In this document: positions 61,342 through 64,000 of the stretch, piece after piece | Layout: the number at the start of each line of letters is the position of its first letter | Numbering within the stretch: position 1 is the stretch's first letter | DNA from: Blastocladiella emersonii ATCC 22665 | Taxonomy: Eukaryota > Fungi > Blastocladiomycota | Direction of reading: 5' to 3' | Assembly: GCA_025594325.1 (NCBI GenBank) | Contig: JANHCV010000001.1 | Coordinates: forward strand, 3,720,001-3,784,000 | DNA: 64,000 nt | The notes under the pieces: model-generated | What the model was told of the DNA's origin: nothing | Seen by the model: the letters and a program-made list of their open reading frames with translations, nothing else | Database searches by the model: none | Translations under genes and position numbers: made by a program

Positions 61342-62874
61342 ATGGAACCGTCCGAGACACTTAGCGCACCGAGCCCGCCCTCGGCCGTCGCGGCCCCATT
61401 CGAGGACGGCGACCTTCCGTCCATCGCGACCATCGGCCATGGCCGCCCGCGCTCCGGCTCGGACCCGGGAGGCTTCAGCTTCTCTGGATCATCTTCGGCG
61501 CTCATTATCAAGTCCATCCGTCCCTCATCATCCACGCCATCATCGCCGCGCACCCCCGACTTTGCCGTCGCGGCGGAGGAGCTGCTCCGCGAGGCGAGTT
61601 CATCGCCACCGCTCCCGCAGCTCGTGGCCGTCGACGACGACAAGGAGCCACTTATCAGCAGCTCAAAGGACGAATCCCTACGCCGTCGCGTTGCCTCATG
61701 GCTCGACCTCCTGCGCGGCCGGCGCCAGCAGCTCGGCGACCTCGCATCGGGCACGTCGAGCGTGGCGCGCGATCTCGGGCGCGTCCTCGTCGTCCTCGTC
61801 AGCGCGTACACGCTCCCCGGGTCGCTGTGGAAGCTCATCACGTACGTGCACCTGCGCAAACGGCGCGCGTACCCGCTCGCGTCGTGGCGCGCGGCCGTGG
61901 TCCACTGGCTCCTGTCGTCAAGCGTGTTTGGCATACGTGGGATGAAGGCGAGACTGCTCGAGCCGGCTGCGGTTCGCGGTGAGACAAGTCTCGAATCGCT
62001 ACCCGACGAGCTCCTTGTCAACGTGATGCAGCACCTTTCGGCCGAGGCGCTCGCCGAGCTCGGGCAGTGCAACCGGCGGCTGCACCGGCTCAGTGAGAGC
62101 GAGGAGGTGTGGCGGCACTTGTTGGAACGCGACTTTGGTTCGCGGATCGGCAAGGCGTTCCCGATGACGCCGCTTGACTTTCGGCGTTCAACCAAGTCGG
62201 GTGGCCGGCTCGGCAAGGCCTCGGCACCGCGGCGCAAGTGGCAGTACCGCGTTCTCGCTGAGACGGCGGCGCTATGCGGGCCGTGCGACTGCCCTCCGCC
62301 AGCGCCGCTCCCGACAGGCTGGCGCCGGTGGCTCTTGCTCACGTCCGGCAACCACCCCAACTGCTGCTACACGCGGTTCGCGCGGCTGCGGTCGCGGTGG
62401 CTTGGGCGGCACCGCGCCAAGTGGTCCGAGGCGAGCGACCCGCCGCGCGTGCTGCTGGCGCGCCTGGCGCTGCACGCGCGGGCGAACCTGTACCATCTGC
62501 CGCTGACGCCGGTCAAGCTGCTCGGGCTCGCCATCAGTCCGCTGTGCGTCGGTCTACTGCACGTGCGGCTGTCGCACATGGTCGTGCACGGTGTGTTCGG
62601 GTCGATCGCGCGCGACCTGCACCAGACAACGCTCAGCATCCTTCGCGACGCGCCGGTCGAGGACGGACACTGGCTCGCGGTGACGGGCCCGCTCGCGGTC
62701 GCGGCGCTGTGCCTGCGCGACGTGGACTGGGCGCTGTCCAGGATCGTGCGGTCGCCGCACCTCGCCATGGTGTGCCGCGTCGTCCTCGCGGTCGCGGCGC
62801 TGGGGTCCGCGGGTGTGTCGCTGTTCGTCCTGTGGCAGATCTATTGCCGCGGCGCGTCGCCGTACGCGTTCTGA
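61342..62874 (+). CDS. F-box protein with flanking hydrophobic (TM-like) segments; start uncertain
   Basis: LESLPDELLVNVMQHLSAEALAELGQCNRRLHRLSESEEVWRHLLERDF is an F-box. Hydrophobic helices lie before it and at the C-terminus. Confidence 0.75.
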   Translation: MEPSETLSAPSPPSAVAAPFEDGDLPSIATIGHGRPRSGSDPGGFSFSGSSSALIIKSIRPSSSTPSSPRTPDFAVAAEELLREASSSPPLPQLVAVDDDKEPLISSSKDESLRRRVASWLDLLRGRRQQLGDLASGTSSVARDLGRVLVVLVSAYTLPGSLWKLITYVHLRKRRAYPLASWRAAVVHWLLSSSVFGIRGMKARLLEPAAVRGETSLESLPDELLVNVMQHLSAEALAELGQCNRRLHRLSESEEVWRHLLERDFGSRIGKAFPMTPLDFRRSTKSGGRLGKASAPRRKWQYRVLAETAALCGPCDCPPPAPLPTGWRRWLLLTSGNHPNCCYTRFARLRSRWLGRHRAKWSEASDPPRVLLARLALHARANLYHLPLTPVKLLGLAISPLCVGLLHVRLSHMVVHGVFGSIARDLHQTTLSILRDAPVEDGHWLAVTGPLAVAALCLRDVDWALSRIVRSPHLAMVCRVVLAVAALGSAGVSLFVLWQIYCRGASPYAF

Positions 62875-63616
62875 GCACCCGAGGAGCAATGTATTCGTGA
62901 TTTAGTGTCTGATTGGGATCTGATTGCCCGCGTTTCATTCATGCAGCCCGCACGTGATGGTCTTGCAACGGCAAACGTCTCCCTCTCGTCGAGCAGGCCG
63001 CAGCAGCCTTCCCTCGGCGTTCTGGAAGTCGGTGCATTAATCGCCCACGCATTTCACGAATCAGTCGCCGCAACGTCGCGGCCCATCGCGCACACACTCG
63101 AGGTCGGCGCCATCCAACGCGAGCGAGCGAGTGCTTGAGCTTGAGAGTGTGGCTGAGCCGCTGCGGCGTCCCTGCGTTGCCAACGGCCAAGCCACGGATG
63201 TAGGTAGGGCTCGGGAACGGCAGCAGCGGGGGGTGGGCGCGGGAGGGCTCGCTGTGCGCATCCGCGGGAGGAGGCGGCGGGGGGCGGGCTGGGCTTGACG
63301 CTTGCGCCCTCGGAACACCACTTCCGCCCGCCTCCGACCTAGGTCCGCTCACCGCGGACTTGACGTTCGCGCTGGGCCCGACCGGCGACACATAAATACC
63401 GGCAGGTCCCCCGCACACCCTCGCAAGCTCCCGCAACGGAGCGTGCGCGCTCTCTGTTCGCCCGCGTCCCCTCCTCCTCACGATGATCACTTCACGCATC
63501 AATTCGCTGGCGCGGGAGCGAACATGTATCGCACCCGTCGCCCGCCGCACCGCAACAACGAATTAATAACAAGACTAGACTTACTTGTATTCAAACCTTG
63601 ACGTTAAAGGAGAAAA

Positions 63617-64000
63617 CTAGTGCAGGGGGGAGCTCGATCCCCAACCTACATTCAGGTCGAGGCCAGGCCCGCCTGCTGGGTTGTAGCGCGGCACCTTGGG
63701 GTCGGACCCGGCGGTGAGTGCGCTCGGAGAAGCGATGGAAGCCCACGTCCGCTTCTCGCCAAACGCGAGTTGCTGGAACTGCGACGGGTCAGTCATCGCC
63801 GAAGCGTTCCACATGACGCCCAAAGGCGGCATCGGAGAGGAGTTTGAGCCACCGAGCGGAGTGGAGCTCGAAACGACGGGTCGAGGAGCGGCGGCCATCG
63901 CGGCCATCGCGGCCATCGCGTGGTGAAGCGGGTTGGCGGCCGCGGGACTCGATGCGACAGGTTGAGGAGCGGCGGCCATCGCAGCCATCGAGCCTGACAC
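63617..64000 (-). CDS. 3-prime end of a low-complexity protein extending beyond the window
   Basis: Open frame to the window edge with a duplicated MAAMAAAP(Q/R)PV segment. No family recognisable. Confidence 0.45.
   Translation of the reverse strand: MSGSMAAMAAAPQPVASSPAAANPLHHAMAAMAAMAAAPRPVVSSSTPLGGSNSSPMPPLGVMWNASAMTDPSQFQQLAFGEKRTWASIASPSALTAGSDPKVPRYNPAGGPGLDLNVGWGSSSPLH

Noticed and set aside
1-64000. Alternative nuclear genetic code (stop reassignment) explaining the in-frame stops
   Set aside because: Conserved genes here end normally at TGA (CTR9, VPS33, myosin, RSPH9), TAA (SGF73, SQT1, SIL1) and TAG (DCC1).
1-64000. tRNA, rRNA, snoRNA genes or U12-type introns
   Set aside because: I recognised no cloverleaf, rRNA segment or RTATCC donor by eye. 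A tRNAscan/Infernal run would be needed to exclude them.

Overview
GC-rich, compact eukaryotic genomic DNA with short (~55-90 nt) spliceosomal introns (GTRYGY donors, CTRAC/CTCAC branch sites, YAG acceptors). Flagellar/basal-body genes (RSPH9, a giant ASH/Ig-repeat protein, MZT1, a CEP350-like protein) together with myosin II and SGF73/SQT1/SIL1-type genes suggest a zoosporic fungus or related flagellated opisthokont. This is an inference from gene content. About 20 genes are supported, almost all in head-to-head pairs: RPA34-like, CTR9, VPS33, ASH-repeat giant, two hypotheticals, myosin II, CEP350-like, SGF73, SLC25 carrier, MZT1, COPE, a low-GC orphan, SQT1, DCC1, SIL1, a class C GPCR, RSPH9, an RNA-repair-like enzyme, an F-box membrane protein and a partial gene at the right edge. 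Highlights: (1) an intronless TPR + Cys-phosphatase + P-loop kinase + RNA ligase fusion (57871-61017), split by one in-frame TGA at the position of the conserved Trp of the DUSP23-type FSW motif; (2) a class C GPCR with a Pmp-like beta-helix/EGF ectodomain and a spliced-in C-terminal PH-like domain; (3) a putative TIR transposon derivative at 187-2640; (4) a GC-AG intron in MZT1; (5) an in-frame TAG in the CEP350-like gene. All family assignments come from motif recognition by eye, not from database searches.
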